From Octopus sinensis (lineage: Eukaryota), in contig NC_043006.1 of the NCBI RefSeq assembly GCF_006345805.1, positions 46,748,001 through 46,812,000 of the forward strand: DNA of 64,000 bases, in the 5' to 3' direction. The first letter of the stretch is position 1. Each line of letters begins with the position of its first letter. Shown one piece after another: positions 25,721 to 39,620 of this stretch. The notes beneath the pieces were generated by a model that saw nothing but the letters and a program-made list of their open reading frames with translations, ran no database searches and was not told the DNA's origin. The translations under genes and the position numbers were made by a program.

Positions 25721-26280
25721 GAAGTCGTCGACTAGTTCAAAACAACACGTAATCAGAATAGCACACTTTTCCAGTTCGATATTAATAGCTACCGTTCTAT
25801 CATTGCAAAACTTCTACTTCTCAAATCATTACATTTTTAAAAATCCATCAGAAACAACATTAACCAAGATAATGACATTTAGATTCCCTCCAAATGATGA
25901 TTCGATCTGTATTAATAAGCACCTCCTTTTATGTTTCAACATTAGTAAGGGAGTCTGTAACTCAGTTGAGGTTAGTAAATTCATCGCCGTCTACATTCTG
26001 CGCAGAAACGAGCAAACTTTCTCAGGCTTCGGAGGAGACCTCTATTTTTTCACAGGACACTGACAAAATGTCTTCGAAAATTATATATATATATATATAT
26101 ATCACAATCAAGGAATGGCCATAATAGGCCATTCACCCACTAGAAATAACAGCCAAAGCTTCAACCGCAAAATAACATTAATTCCGCAAACCAGGAGAAA
26201 ATTAAAAAAACATTTACCCTGTAATTTCTTATACGATGCACCGTTTCATCTATTGTTTAATATATATATATATATATATA

Positions 26281-26564
26281 TCACGTGACCACGTGATCAC
26301 GTGACCGACCAGACCATCAGATGCTTTACACATCGCTGGTCACAATGCGTTCGCATTGTTTTAGCCTTCGAATGACGCCACCCCGCTGGCTAAGCGGGCA
26401 GGCCAACAGAAGAGTGAGAGAAAGAGTGGTGAAAGAGTACAGCAGGGATCACCACCCCCTGCCGGAGCATCGTGGAGCTTTTAGGTGTTTTCGCTCAATA
26501 AACACTCACAACGCCCGGTCTGGGAATCGAAACCACGATCCTACAACCGCGAGTCCGCTGCCCT
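26281..26564 (-). mobile_element. SINE family C (tRNA head), tail type C1 ending in (CACGTGA-)x3
   Basis: Head agggcagcggactcgcggttgtaggatcgtggtttcgattcccagaccgggcg (B box gtttcgattcc), shared with 48544-48855. A box replaced by (TA)n. Confidence 0.88.
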
Positions 26565-26573
26565 ATATATATA

Positions 26574-26614
<41 letters not shown>

Positions 26615-26887
26615 TGCGTGTGTGTGTATGAGTGAGTGTGTGTTTTTTTTTGGGGGGGGGGAGTGTGTGTGTGTGTGTTTCTGTGTAATTATAAACAGGA
26701 CAAATTTTAGGCATTTCTCTGGGGACTGAAAAATGAACAACCTTAATCGATTTCCGAACCTTACTGGGTTCTTATTAAAGGCGCCTACATGATTCTGACC
26801 GTCTCCAGAGAAACAATCAGCCGAACTCTTTATATCCTCAACAAATGCAGTAGTTACTCTATGATATGTATCTATCAATCTACCTAC

Positions 26888-26931
<44 letters not shown>

Positions 26932-29115
26932 TAATGTTATCTAATCTGTTCGGCCCGTTATAATATAATCTACTTCTAGTTTGGTTTACGGCGTCTGAGT
27001 TCAACGATTAATCAAGATGAATTTTATGTTTACCCAGATATGGACGAAACAATAATACTATAGATTTTCAATTTTCAGTAGAACATTATGCATCGTTTTC
27101 AATAACGCCCTGAACCGATCGCGTTTATTAGTATTTATAGTGGAAAATCTTACGAAATCTTGTTCACCCGAGTGGAAGAATTCGTTATATATCATTTAGA
27201 AAGCGCTTGGCACAAAATCTATAATTACATTGGATTGTTTTCTTGTCGACGTAAAAATATGATTTTTTAAATGGATTTTCAATGTCATGATCGATAAGTT
27301 TATTTGAAATATCAAACTTTAAATTTACTTCCAGACATATATTTACATTTTCTTGTTTTCTGAATGACTTACTGCACTTTAAATATTTGACTTCAACGAA
27401 TATTTAATTCCAGACATTTTGATACATAACTGTGACAGACCCTTATTGGAAATATCAAACTTCGAATATATATTTGTAGAAATGGCGTATTTATGTATAC
27501 TCTTCTGTTTTAAAAGATTTTCAGCATTTTAATCATTCAAACTGTATGAACCTTTGATTCAAGATACTATAATATGTCGTCGAGGGAAGTATCTTCATTA
27601 TTTGAAATCCAAGACATGGATTTATTAAAATTGTTCATACGTAAATCATTTCTTCGTACATGTTTGCATTGCTTTCACTCCAATGCCATTAATTATAGAT
27701 AAAAATATATCAATAATTCAATGAGTTGTTATGAAATAACTTCTTCGTACTATAGGCAAAAGAACTTCAATGTTTTATGTATTAATGGCTGATACAAAGT
27801 ACATGTGATGAGAAAACTATATCACTTTATATGTAGTTGGTACAAATAGTATATTCTTGGAAGTCAGAACATTTGAATTCCGGTATTAGTGACTTCCTTA
27901 AAATAGATGATAAAGTAAATAAAATAGAATAATCTCATTTTTCAATTGAATTCAGATTAAACTATTAATGTAGATTAGTTTGTTAATGAACTAGTCGTAT
28001 ATAGACGTAGATAAACCCCAAAGAAGTGTAACTATCATTTAACAATTTTGAGTGCATTTACGACAATATTAAAGAGTGTCTGCCCTCTTCTAAGAAGGCA
28101 GGGTATGACTAATGACAAATTTATGATATTTTCATTAGCTTCCGTCATCAGAGGAGCCCTTACAGATTTAAAAACCATCACAATTCGTGAAACAAATTTA
28201 GTTAACTTGAAATGTTTCTTTTACTGTTATTTCTCACTATCAGCAGGAAATTTTAAAAAATCAGTCTTCAAATCAACATCACTATCTTTATTTAAATTAG
28301 GACATATTGGATATTTGTAGTTGGCATATTGTATGAATAAACGAAAATATGGGACGCCTTTGAAATACATTTAAAAAATGTTCCCGATAATTGTTAACAG
28401 GGAGTTACAATTAATGTAATCCTCATTTCTAATCATAAAAATACAACAGAGTGGGACGTACACCACCAAGATGACTTGCTCTTAGTCATAACTATGGCTA
28501 TATCTAAAAGAGATATCAAGTTTCCAGATATGCTTCATTATGAAAGACACGAATTTCATGTTATGCAATGAATTTTTCAACAGTAACTCGACCTAAATAC
28601 TCACGTTAAATCGTCAGTAGTGAATCGACAAGCAGATGGGGTTTTAAATAAATCAATGATATATATTTTAGTTCAGAATGCAATAAATTAAGTAAATCAG
28701 TATTAATTTCAATTTAGTTTATCGGCCAATCTAAGCTTCGATGGAGAATACGACTTTTAATCAAATGATTTTAAGAAATTGAATTCTAGATTTGATTTGG
28801 CGTATATGCTGGGCTATTAGTTACTTTAGTAACATTTTACACAAGATATTGTATATTTGCGCACAGGTTTTATTGCAACCACGAAATAACGGTATTTATA
28901 ACATCCATCATCAATACAACCAGTGTTTAGACACTGCGTATATTGTTCAACATTAAAGGTGTGGGTTCAATTGTACCATTTCATACACAATTTACAAGAT
29001 AACATGGCGATTACTGATTCCAAACAAATTGGTATATGCTTGTGTTTTGTATCAATACTATAAAGATATAATAGAAAAAAAAACAAGCAATGTCATGATA
29101 CAATATAGTAACGAT

Positions 29116-29766
29116 TGGAAGGCGGCGAGCAGGCAGAAACGTTAGCACGCCGGAAGGAGGCGAGCTGGCAGAAGCGTTAGCACACCGGGCAAAACGCTTA
29201 GCGGTATTTCGTCTGCCGCTACGTTCTGAGTTCAAATTCCACCGAGGTCGACTTTGCTTTCATCCTTTCGGGGTCGATTAAATAAGTACCAGTTACGCAT
29301 TGGAGGTCGATATAATCGACTCAATCCGTTTGTCTGTCCTTGCTTGTCCTCTCTGTATTTAGCCCTTTGTGAGTAGTAAAGAAATAGGTATTTCGTCTGC
29401 CGTTACGTTCTGAGTTCAAATTCCGCCGAGGTCGACTTTGCCTTTCATCCATTAGGAGTCGATAAATTAAGTACCAGTTACGCACTATGGTCGATGTAAT
29501 CGACTTAATCCCTCTGTCTGTCCTTTTTTGTCCTCTCTGTGTTTAGCCCGTTGTGGGCAATAAAGAAATAAGAAACGTCAGCACGCCGGGAGGAATGTTT
29601 AGTGGTAATTCGTCTGTCTTTGCGTTCTGAGTTCAAATTCCGCTGAGATTGACTTTACCTTTCATCTTTTAGGGTCAATAAATAAAGTACCAGTTACGCA
29701 CTGGGGTCGATCTAATCGACTGGCCCCTCTACCAAAATATGGGGCCATGTACCTAGAGTAGAAACG
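29116..29766 (+). mobile_element. Nested composite of three family A SINEs (A1 in A1 in A2)
   Basis: Three B boxes (gagttcaaattcc), two A1 tails and one A2 tail. Outer TSD aatatagtaacgat at 29102-29115 and 29767-29780; inner repeat agaaacgt(t/c)agcacgccgg near 29135-29154 and 29570-29590. Confidence 0.9.
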
Positions 29767-30542
29767 AATATAGTAACGATAGGAGCAAAACAATTTACTG
29801 CCAGATAGGAGAACATTCATGTACATGTATGATATTCTCCTAGTTAATGAAACTAAGGTGTCATAAGTGTGTTCGACATAAGAAATAAAATGCTTCATAG
29901 ATTCTGTTACTAAATATTGAAGTAGAGGCTAAGTGTAACTCCTTAATATTTACCCATAAATTAGTTCCCAAAACACATGGAATCAATTTTTTATGTTACT
30001 TCCACAAAACAGTATAGTCTGGCTCTCGTTTTTTTTTTTCTTGAACATTCTAAACACTTATATTAATGATTTTATAATTGGCATTTATACTCCCAGGTTT
30101 ATCGTGATTATATTTCGAATAATTCTTGCTGTGGAGCGTTTAATCACGACCTCCATTTCACCATGCTCTTCTCTATCGCCATCATGAAAATGATGAACGT
30201 CGTCGACGCCTGCATTCTCATCGGCGTCGCTGTACGTGACTGAATGAGCTTGCTTTAAGGGGAATGATTGTTTGAAATAGATTGCATTTTAACTACCGGT
30301 GTGATAGTTGAATACTTATCAGATTAGAAATAAAAAGTGATACCCACAAGAACCTGGATCAACTAGAAACAAATGTTGAAAGGCATAATAAATGTTATGA
30401 TGTACAGGTGTATTATCTTGGAGTACTTTCTCTTTGTGCAGCACAATATTCGAAAGACTTACCATTCAATGATGTTGAATAAACACACACAGACACACAC
30501 ACACACACATACATACACATATAAGCGTATATATGTATATAT

Positions 30543-30597
<55 letters not shown>

Positions 30598-33519
30598 GCA
30601 TAGATCAGCTCACTCCGCATGTATATAAAGGAATTTAAAGAAATGTCTCAGTCTAGTATGAATTCGGACCACGAAATATATGAAATATAATTATGATATA
30701 TTCAAAAGCGCGCAAAATATGTTCTTTTTTCAATGGAATTGAATTGCGTTTGCCCCAAGAAATAGTAATTACATGCGTCTACGAATGAGGAGTGGGGATT
30801 TTTTCATGTATCAATAAATGTCTGAAATTGAATTATCATTAAATAATATTTTGCCTTGTATAAAAGGAAAGGAACTGCTTGTGGACAGGCGCTCCTACAC
30901 CAATAGATATCATCAACCTGCCACTTGTCTTAATTTAAAAGTTGAAGCTTCTAGTTTATCCGCATAATCAAGATGGAATCGAAAAACATTTATGCAGTTA
31001 CATCCTATAAACTGGTAACATTTTCTTTATATAATTTTAAAATCATTCTTATTGAATTCCCCCTTAAACTGAAATGTCTTAGATTTACTACTGTGCTATT
31101 TCGGCCTCCATCCTTGATATATATATACCTACAATGTTGAAAAATGCTGTTATTAGTATAAAAATACCATTAAAAAATCATAGGAAACTGGAGAAGAAAA
31201 AGACGTTGAATCAAAATTGGATTTGATACAAAATAGGATTCAATACATACGTGCGTTTCAAAGAACAACACAAATATATAAGTAAAATACTATATATAAT
31301 GCTACTATCACAACACATGATCTCTATAGGTTTCATTAAATAGGTTGCACGCAGAACCCTCCTAAATTACGCTTGAATAATCATAAATCATCTTTCAGTC
31401 ATCCTCGGAAAGAAAGTAGTAAAAGTTTATCCAAAAAGTATGGTAACTTAAAAGTGACAACATAAATTTCTCAATTTCTTGGGATATTGTTTCTTCTGCC
31501 CCCTCTTAGAGTATTAGAAATAGAACGTGCTTTTTATGCCTTGAATAGACTTATATAATTATGGAAATGAACGATTCCATCTTCAATTCGAGAGATGAGA
31601 GAGTTTCCTCTTGTAAACACATGTCCAAATTTCTTTTCATTAATCTTAAATAGTCTTAATGATTACCTCTTTGCCATTTTCTTATTAGCTCTTATTGCGC
31701 TCTTAAGTTATGTGTATGTGTGCATTCTCTGTATGTGTATGTATGTACGTTTTGTTATTTTTCTTTTTTTGTGTATATATGTGTGTGTTGTGTATGTGTG
31801 TATATCTGTATGACTAATTTTATAGCATCTTTCTTCATAAATTCGTTTTTCGTTCCTACTTTTTTTCTGATTGTCTTCCCTACGCCGTTTTTGTGTAAGG
31901 CCACTATCTTGAATTACACCGACCAGTCTTGCCTGATCGATGTTTTATCTTGTTAAGTTTTCTTTGTTTTGTTTTTCTCTGCATGTATTTTCATTTTTAC
32001 TTTTTGTAGCTTTTTTCAAACAGTCTTGCCTATCACATTTTAGCCTATTGTAAAATGTATATACATATACTTTTTTCGTTTTTTCAATAGTAATATGTAT
32101 ATGCATAACTCTCTGTGGTTTTTTTCTATTAGTTCACCTGTTACATTATATTCGTATGATCATGTGAATTACTTGTCGTCATGGGTATTGTAGTCTTTCA
32201 CATTATACACAGATGAACTGAGAAATTCATAAAGTCTCGAATTCTCAGATTAATATGCAAAGCACGTCACAATACAAAAATAAACCTATAGACACAAACA
32301 TCACTTTTTCGTACAAAGTAACAAAGAATGGTTTTTATACAAGCATCAGATACAATTCATCTCGGCATGTAGTTTTGATTGATGCATACATACAAACAAA
32401 CATACATTCACAAAGACACGAACATGTGTATGTATGTTTGTATGAATGTACGTATATTTGTGTGTAAGTATGTATGCCATTATGCAGTTTTACTTCAAGA
32501 TTCCTTGCCAATAGAGAAAGAGCTGGTTTCTAACCTAGATCCAAGGTTCCTTCATTGGAATTTCAACATCAACAACAGGGTATTTTTATATGTATGTATG
32601 CATGCATATATGGATGTTTGTGTGCATGTATATGTGCAGATATGAATATTTTGTTTTACGTATGTATTCTCATGCATACAATGACATATCTAGACATGAT
32701 CATATATATCTAAATTATAAAGTTCTGGAAAGTTTTATAGATTTTTACCGTTTCAGTGATGGATTGGATTTGTAGTCTTCGAATCAGCTTTCTCCTTTCT
32801 GGTTTTGAGAAGTTCAGTTCCTCACGTTTGGTATTTAGGCAGTGTGTTACATATCCCAGGGCCCCAATAATTACAGATATAAGCCTGAACTTGTAATCTG
32901 TATATATGTACGTTCATATATATGAGCATAACAGAATACAGATGCAGACGGATAAACAACTGGTATCAAGTTATATTACGACGTTTATTTATTTATATAT
33001 TAATATAACTTGAGAGTAGAAACGAACCTTACAGGAATTTCGATGATAAGAGACCAGGAAGAGACCGTATGAGGAATGTCCGTAAAGCTTGTGATATGCT
33101 AATATTCTTTCCGTAAACATCTCTATTATTGTTATTATATTAAGACAGTTAATGATAGGTAGAATCTTGAGCTAGATGAGGGCTAGATAGATTATGTCCA
33201 TTTATAATCCTACGGCTGTTTCCAGAATACATGATTATATCAAAGTTGATCGCGTGTTTGTACATTTCTCTGGTTACACATCTACCAGGTCGATCGAAAT
33301 ACTGCCTGTATCCAATATTCATTACGCAGTTATGAGATGCCTTCTTTTTAGATGCAGTTGAAGTTTGAATTAAAGCCCGAAGTCAATCTGAACACTAATT
33401 CTATATACCTATAAATTAATTATATTTACATACATACACACACACGCGCGCAACTAAACACCCATGCATACACACTCACGCGCGAATATATGTATATAAA
33501 TACTTATCGTTATCTATCG

Positions 33520-33770
33520 TTTTTTTCATGCTTTAGTCATTAGACTGCCGCCATGCTTGAGCACTGGTTTGATGTATTTACTCGTACAAATGGACCCCGA
33601 TACGCAAAATTTCCTGCTTGGTATTTCTACTATTTCGGCAAAAGAGGGCGGTAGAATAAGTACTAGGTTTATCAAAGAATCAGTCTTGGGGTTGATCTCT
33701 CCGACTGAAGGCGGTGCTCCAGCATGGCCGCAGTCAAATGCATGAAGCAAGTAAAAGGATAAAAATATAT
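33520..33770. mobile_element. Two 3' fragments of SINE family B in opposite orientation
   Basis: tttagtcattagactgccgccatgcttgagcac (minus, 33520-33610) and tagaataagtactagg..aaggcggtgctccagcatggccgcagtcaaatg (plus, 33630-33765). Confidence 0.75.
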
Positions 33771-33796
33771 ATATATGGGTTACATCTTTTAATATA

Positions 33797-33965
33797 GGCG
33801 TAGGAGTGGCTGTGTGGTAATTATCTTGCTTACCAGCTACATAGTTCCGGGTTCAGTCCTACTGCGTGGCACCTTGGGCAAGTTTCTTCTACTATGGCCT
33901 CGGCCCGACCAAAGCTTGGTGAGTGAATTTGGTAGACGGAAACTGAAAGACGCCCGTCGTATATA

Positions 33966-33999
<34 letters not shown>

Positions 34000-34227
34000 C
34001 GTATGCGTATATGTTTGTGTATCTGCGTTTGTCCCCCAACATCGCTTGACAACCGATGCTGGTGTGTTTACTTCCCCGTAACTTAGCGGTTTAGCAAAAG
34101 CGCACTATAGAATAAGTACTAGGCTTATAAAGAATAAGTCCTAGGGGCGATTTGCTCGACTAAAGGCGGTGCTCCAGCATGTCCGCAGTGAAATGAGTGA
34201 ATCAAGTAAAAGAGAGAGTAAAGAGAG
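33797..34227 (+). mobile_element. SINE family B, full length
   Basis: ggcgtaggagtggctgtgtggtaa head, gggttcagtcc B box, CORE-like ccttgggcaagt, internal (TG/TA)n, tail ccagcatgtccgcagtgaaatg. Confidence 0.93.
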
Positions 34228-34525
34228 CATAAAAATATTTATATATATATATAATATATATATACGTATGCGTATATGTTTGTGTATCTGCGTTTGTCCC
34301 CCAACATCGCTTGACAACCGATGCTGGTGTGTTTACTTCCCCGTAACTTAGCGGTTTAGCAAAAGCGCACTATAGAATAAGTACTAGGCTTATAAAGAAT
34401 AAGTCCTAGGGGCGATTTGCTCGACTAAAGGCGGTGCTCCAGCATGTCCGCAGTGAAATGAGTGAATCAAGTAAAAGAGAGAGTAAAGAGAGCATAAAAA
34501 TATTTATATATATATATATATATAC
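33996..34525. repeat. Perfect 265-bp tandem duplication of the SINE B 3' half
   Basis: 33996-34260 and 34261-34525 read identical outside the (TA)n edges. Confidence 0.92.
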
Positions 34526-35807
34526 TTACATGTAAACGCACACGCACACACACATATATACACGCACACATGCACTCTTATCTGTATTCATGTGCGTTTT
34601 CATGTTTGTGTTTGTATGCGTATGTGGGAGTTTGAGAATCAAATCAATATTTTAGTAACCTCGGCTCTGATATATAAACATAAGCACATATATAATATCA
34701 CATGTTACTACGAATTTTAATTACTTTTACGTCTGCCCCATCCAGCTCTTCGACATTCACTTAAACGCATAAAACCATGAGCGTAGCTGTGCCACACACA
34801 GCTGTGAGATGATGAAAAGTTCTGGGTGGTTTTAATATTCTTTCATAATTTATAACTTTCTGAATGCATCTTTTCTCGGTGCAATCCTATGTCATATTTA
34901 CTGAATTACTTATAAAACTTCAGATATGTAAAAGACGTATATCATTCCTCATCTGAACGAATTACAGTCTCAATTTAGGTCGTCTGCAGCTTTCCTTCTT
35001 CCTTTTTTATTATATCTTTTTATGTATGTATACATGTATGTATGCATGTATGTATGTGTTTGTGTGTATTTATGTATGTATGTATGTATCTATCTATCTA
35101 TCTACTTATTTCTCGGTCATTTTATCAATAAGACTTCTGCACATTTATCTTTATTTTCCATATTCTGTATATACATAAACATACATGCATGCACACGCAA
35201 ACACACGCAATCACACACTGGCACACACACAGACACATACACAGACACACACACAGACACATTCCTGTCCAGATTACCCTGGGTGATGATATATTTGCCT
35301 TAAAGACTTTTAGCCTTAGAACGACCAAATCAGATTTGGCAATAGCTAATGGAAATTTTTCGTGTGTTTTTTCCTCAATATATCGGCCCTTTGGCGTTTT
35401 ATCATTTCATAACACGCATCTTAATTTTTTTGTTACTTTCGACTACGTCTCGCTAGCTTCTAAATAGGTTCTTTACACGCTATCATCTCTGAGGTTTAAA
35501 CCATCAAACTAAACCAAATAACCAGTTTACCTAACCATTTAAGATCAAACGTATCAAGCCATCTAGCAAAGTATAGATATATCTGAAGTATGAAAAATTT
35601 CATACAAGTTTTTCATAAAATAAACGAATTTGAATGCGGTATGATTTGTCCATGAATATGAAAAATTCTAGACATATCTTGAATACAACATTTACGATCC
35701 AAAACATTGCTTGTTATTTCGCCAAGAAAATGCTATTTCATAGTATAAAATTAAAAGAATATATATACATGGATACATACATATATATATATATATACAT
35801 ATGTACG

Positions 35808-35846
<39 letters not shown>

Positions 35847-36227
35847 TTATATACATATGTACGCACACACACACGGATATATATATATTGAAGTCTATGA
35901 GAATTACATAATATAGTTTTGATACAAAGTGTAAAGGGGATTTACAAGAAAAATTGTTTTTCCCAAAAAATTTTACTAGCCTTTTATATATATATGCATT
36001 CATGCATATATACAAATGTATGTGAGTATGTGTATGTGTTTGTTTCTGTGTGTATATGTGTCAGCGTGTTCGTGTGTTTGTGTGCGTACGTAGTATGTAC
36101 ACGTCGCTCCTATTTGTGTACGAAACTTTAGTCTGAAGTTAATGTTCAGAGTTGAGGCGGTGACAGCTCATGAGTTCCAAAACTGGTTATGAGTGTGACT
36201 TGAGGAAACGTTAAAAATTCGATAATG

Positions 36228-36481
36228 CAGGAATTCTTTGTAAGCCTAGTACTTATTCTAGCGGTGTCTTTTGCTGAAACGTAAACACGCTAACATCGGT
36301 TGTCAAGTGATGGTGGTGGTGGTGGGGCCAAACACAGACACACAAACACACACACACATATATTGTTTATATAGATACATATATGTATGTATATATATAG
36401 ATATATATACATATATGTATGTATGTATATATATATGTGTGTGTGTGTGTGTATGTATATATATATATATGTGTATGTATG

Positions 36482-36512
<31 letters not shown>

Positions 36513-36978
36513 GTGTATGTATGTATATATATATATATATGTGTATGTATGTATATATATATGTGTGTATGTATGTATATATATATGTGTGTATGTATGT
36601 ATATATATATATATATATGTGTATGTATGTATATATATATATATATATGTGTATGTATATATATATATATATATTGTATGTATGTATATATATATATATA
36701 TGTGTATGTATGTATGTATATATATATATATGTATGTATGTATGTATATATATATATATATGTATGTATGTATATATATATATATATATATGTATGTATA
36801 TATATATATATATATAGATATATATATATATATATATGTACGAAGGACGTCTTTCAGTTTCCATCTGCCTAATCCCGTCACAAAGATTTGGTCTGCCCGA
36901 GGCTATAGTAGAAGACACTTACCCAACTGAATGCAGAGCAATGTGGGTGGTAAGCAAGCTGCTTACCACACAGCCACT
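36228..36978 (-). mobile_element. SINE family B with its internal microsatellite expanded to ~500 bp
   Basis: Tail part 36228-36340 (ctttgtaagcctagtacttattc), (TA/TATG)n 36350-36840, head/CORE part 36841-36978 (gaggctatagtagaagacacttaccc..accacacagccact). Confidence 0.88.
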
Positions 36979-36989
36979 ATATAGTGGTT

Positions 36990-39620
36990 GTGTACTCCTT
37001 ATGCAGAGTTTGATTGCCTCCTTTACCTACATCTTTCAACCATCATGGCATCTGATGCGGCTTTTTAAACCAGACAATGCTTTGAAAAGACACCCACACA
37101 GATTGTATATCCGATTTGGTCCACCAAGAGCCGCAGTTATGTTCTGATCTTTGTGGATCTTCAAATGTCGTTTTATGTCTCCGTTTCATTTGCAGACCTG
37201 GCATACATTGCATTGAAAGTGTGGGCAAACATAAAGGCAGAGTAGTTGGGGGAAGTTCGTTTTCAATGGGTTCGCAAATGAGATTTGAGCCCAGCAAAAG
37301 AAAGGCATGGTCTGTCACAATCTGCGCACACGAAAGGGTCTTTGTGATACACCTTCTTGAACCTTCTACTTCAAATCTATATTGAGTATTGCATGCATTA
37401 TCATGGCCTCTTTAAAAGCTCTCATTCCACTCCACGTTTTTATTAGCCTTCCAGCTCGATCCGAAATAATGGTTTCTGTGTCCTCTGGTTCCATTCCAAG
37501 TGACTTCATAGGGTCCTTATGCCGTCGTTAAACCTTTTTGTATGATTACATCGATAGCGTTTCCCCTCTGCAAGCTCACAATAAAACAGCGCTTTGGGTG
37601 TGCGTTCCGTCACTCGAACAATATGGCCATAACATCTCATTTCGTTTTTAAAACTCATAGCTTTAATTGAGGTGATGGCTGCAGATGCCAGAACATCTGT
37701 GTTTAGAGTAAAAGAATTCTTTTTAATGTTTAAAATGCGATGAAGGCACTTTTTGCTGAAATTGTTCTAACAATTTGAAATGTCTTTCATAACATGTCCA
37801 TGTTTCAGAAGAATACAACAAAGATAGTAAGACAAATGATTTGTAAAGAGTCAATTTTGTATTGTTAATTATATGTCGTTGGCGCCAAACACGTGACCCC
37901 AAGCCACCAACTGCTTGTTCTGCCCTTTGAAATCGCAGTTATATTTCTTTGCCCAAATTTCCATCATTTTGTAGAGAGCTTCCAAGGTAGCTAAAAGAAT
38001 CAACAACCTCAAGTAGCTTACCCTTACAATTTTTTAATGGGGGTTGTAAAAAGTACCACATGCAGGTTTGATACATTATAACTCTTTTTTCAAGTTGATG
38101 GTCAAGCCAAAATCTTCACAAGCTGAGTCAAATGCAGATACAAGAGATTGCAGACCTGTTTCAGAATGACTCACTAGATCGCAATCATCAAAGTATAATA
38201 GTTCCCTAACGAGTGAAGTAAAAACATTGGTTTTGAATTTCAGTCTGACCAGATTAAACACATTCCCTGTTGTTCGATATTTTATGTAATACCCTCCTCG
38301 GAGTTTTGAAAAATGTGTGATAACACCACAACAAATATATTGCAAAGAGGGTGTGTGCATCAGGATTTCCTTGCTTTAATCCATTTTCCACGGCAAAAGA
38401 TTCAGAGAGCCTATCACGAAAATTAACTCTAGCTTTCATACATTAATGCAAAGCCCTGAACATGTATACAATTTTTTCTTGGCAACCTATTTTCGTTTGC
38501 ATTAGTCACAGAGCATTTCGATTAACATTAGCAAATGATTTGCTCAAATCAACAAGGCAATGGTAAAGGGCAAGATTCTGTTCACTGTACTTTTTTTGAA
38601 ATTGTATGATAGCAAAGATATAAGTAGCTGTGCCTCTGGAGGAGCGCAAACTACACTGAGACTCAGACACCATATGTGGAACTACGAAGGTATTTGAACA
38701 GATTGCGGGCAAGTACCTGTCCAATCACAGACAAAAGCGATATCCCACAAAGATTACCTCACAGATCCTTCGGACCGATTTATACAAGTAGACAGTCTTG
38801 AGGCACAATGGAGACAAATTGATATATTTAAGAGTCATGCATTTTGTCCCCCCCCCATATTTCAAGAATTTTTCCTCCCCATATTTCACAGATTCCATCA
38901 GAACCTGGAGACTTATAGTTATTCATTTTATTCACAGCTAAATATATGTCATGTAGATTTGGCTCAAATGCCATATCTGCTATAACTGGAAGGTGTTTTA
39001 TCTCTGCTATAACTAGAAGCTGTTTGATTTTTTCTATCATCCTCATGTCATTAGATGATGGTCTATTCAAAAGTGCAGATACATGTTCTACCCAGGACAT
39101 TTGAATTGAAGCGGTATCAATCAGAAGCAAACGTTCATTTGATGTTCTCACCGGAGCTACTGAAAACGATTCTGGGTCATATACCTCCTTAACATAAGAG
39201 TACAAATCCTTCGCACCATTTCTATCAGCTGTTTCTTATGCCCCTTTTGTTCTATCATTCTAGCATTCCTGCTTAATTTTGCTTAGAGCAGTCTGCACTT
39301 TCCCTTTCACCTTTCTGTAGTGTTCGGATGAGTTAGGGTTGAAGGACTGAGAAAAAAGTGTATTGCCTCAGTTTCGTTTTTCTAAAAGTCGATCATGAAT
39401 TTGTTGATTTATCAGAGAACCAGTCACTGAATTTACGTGATTGAAATCTCACTGACCAACTGGCAGCCTGAAATACTTTTGTTTTGAAATCTTCCCATAG
39501 ATTGTTTCTAGAGCATCGTGGAATCTTTACAAATTGCTTGGTAGCTTGAAGTTGCAACATTTATCTTTTTGGTTACCTTACGACCAGACTGTCGACTTTT
39601 AGGCATTATCGAAAAATGTA
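36990..39620 (-). mobile_element. RTE-clade (BovB-like) LINE, decayed, RT and C-terminus
   Basis: Minus-strand peptides KSPGSDGI, GISLLSVIGQVLAR, LVDLSKSFANVNR, FAVENGLKQG, RELLYFDDC (YADD region), FGLTINLKK, RTPKALFYCELAEGKR, ICGCLFKALSGLKSRIRCH. Confidence 0.88.

Noticed and set aside
28110-28152. CTGATGA...GAAA on the minus strand (also lone CTGATGA at about 7396, 12020 and 47042)
   Set aside because: No stem II or stem I pairing, or no GAAA at the right distance; two of them lie in transposase coding sequence.
27000-29010. 2-kb unique AT-rich block with part-open frames and a repeated gaaatatcaaactt motif (27305, 27449)
   Set aside because: Stops occur in all frames and I recognise no protein motif; cannot support a gene or element call without a search.
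30857-30910. TATAAAAG followed by a CCAAT-like motif
   Set aside because: Order and context are not promoter-like, no downstream gene, and such motifs are expected by chance in AT-rich DNA.
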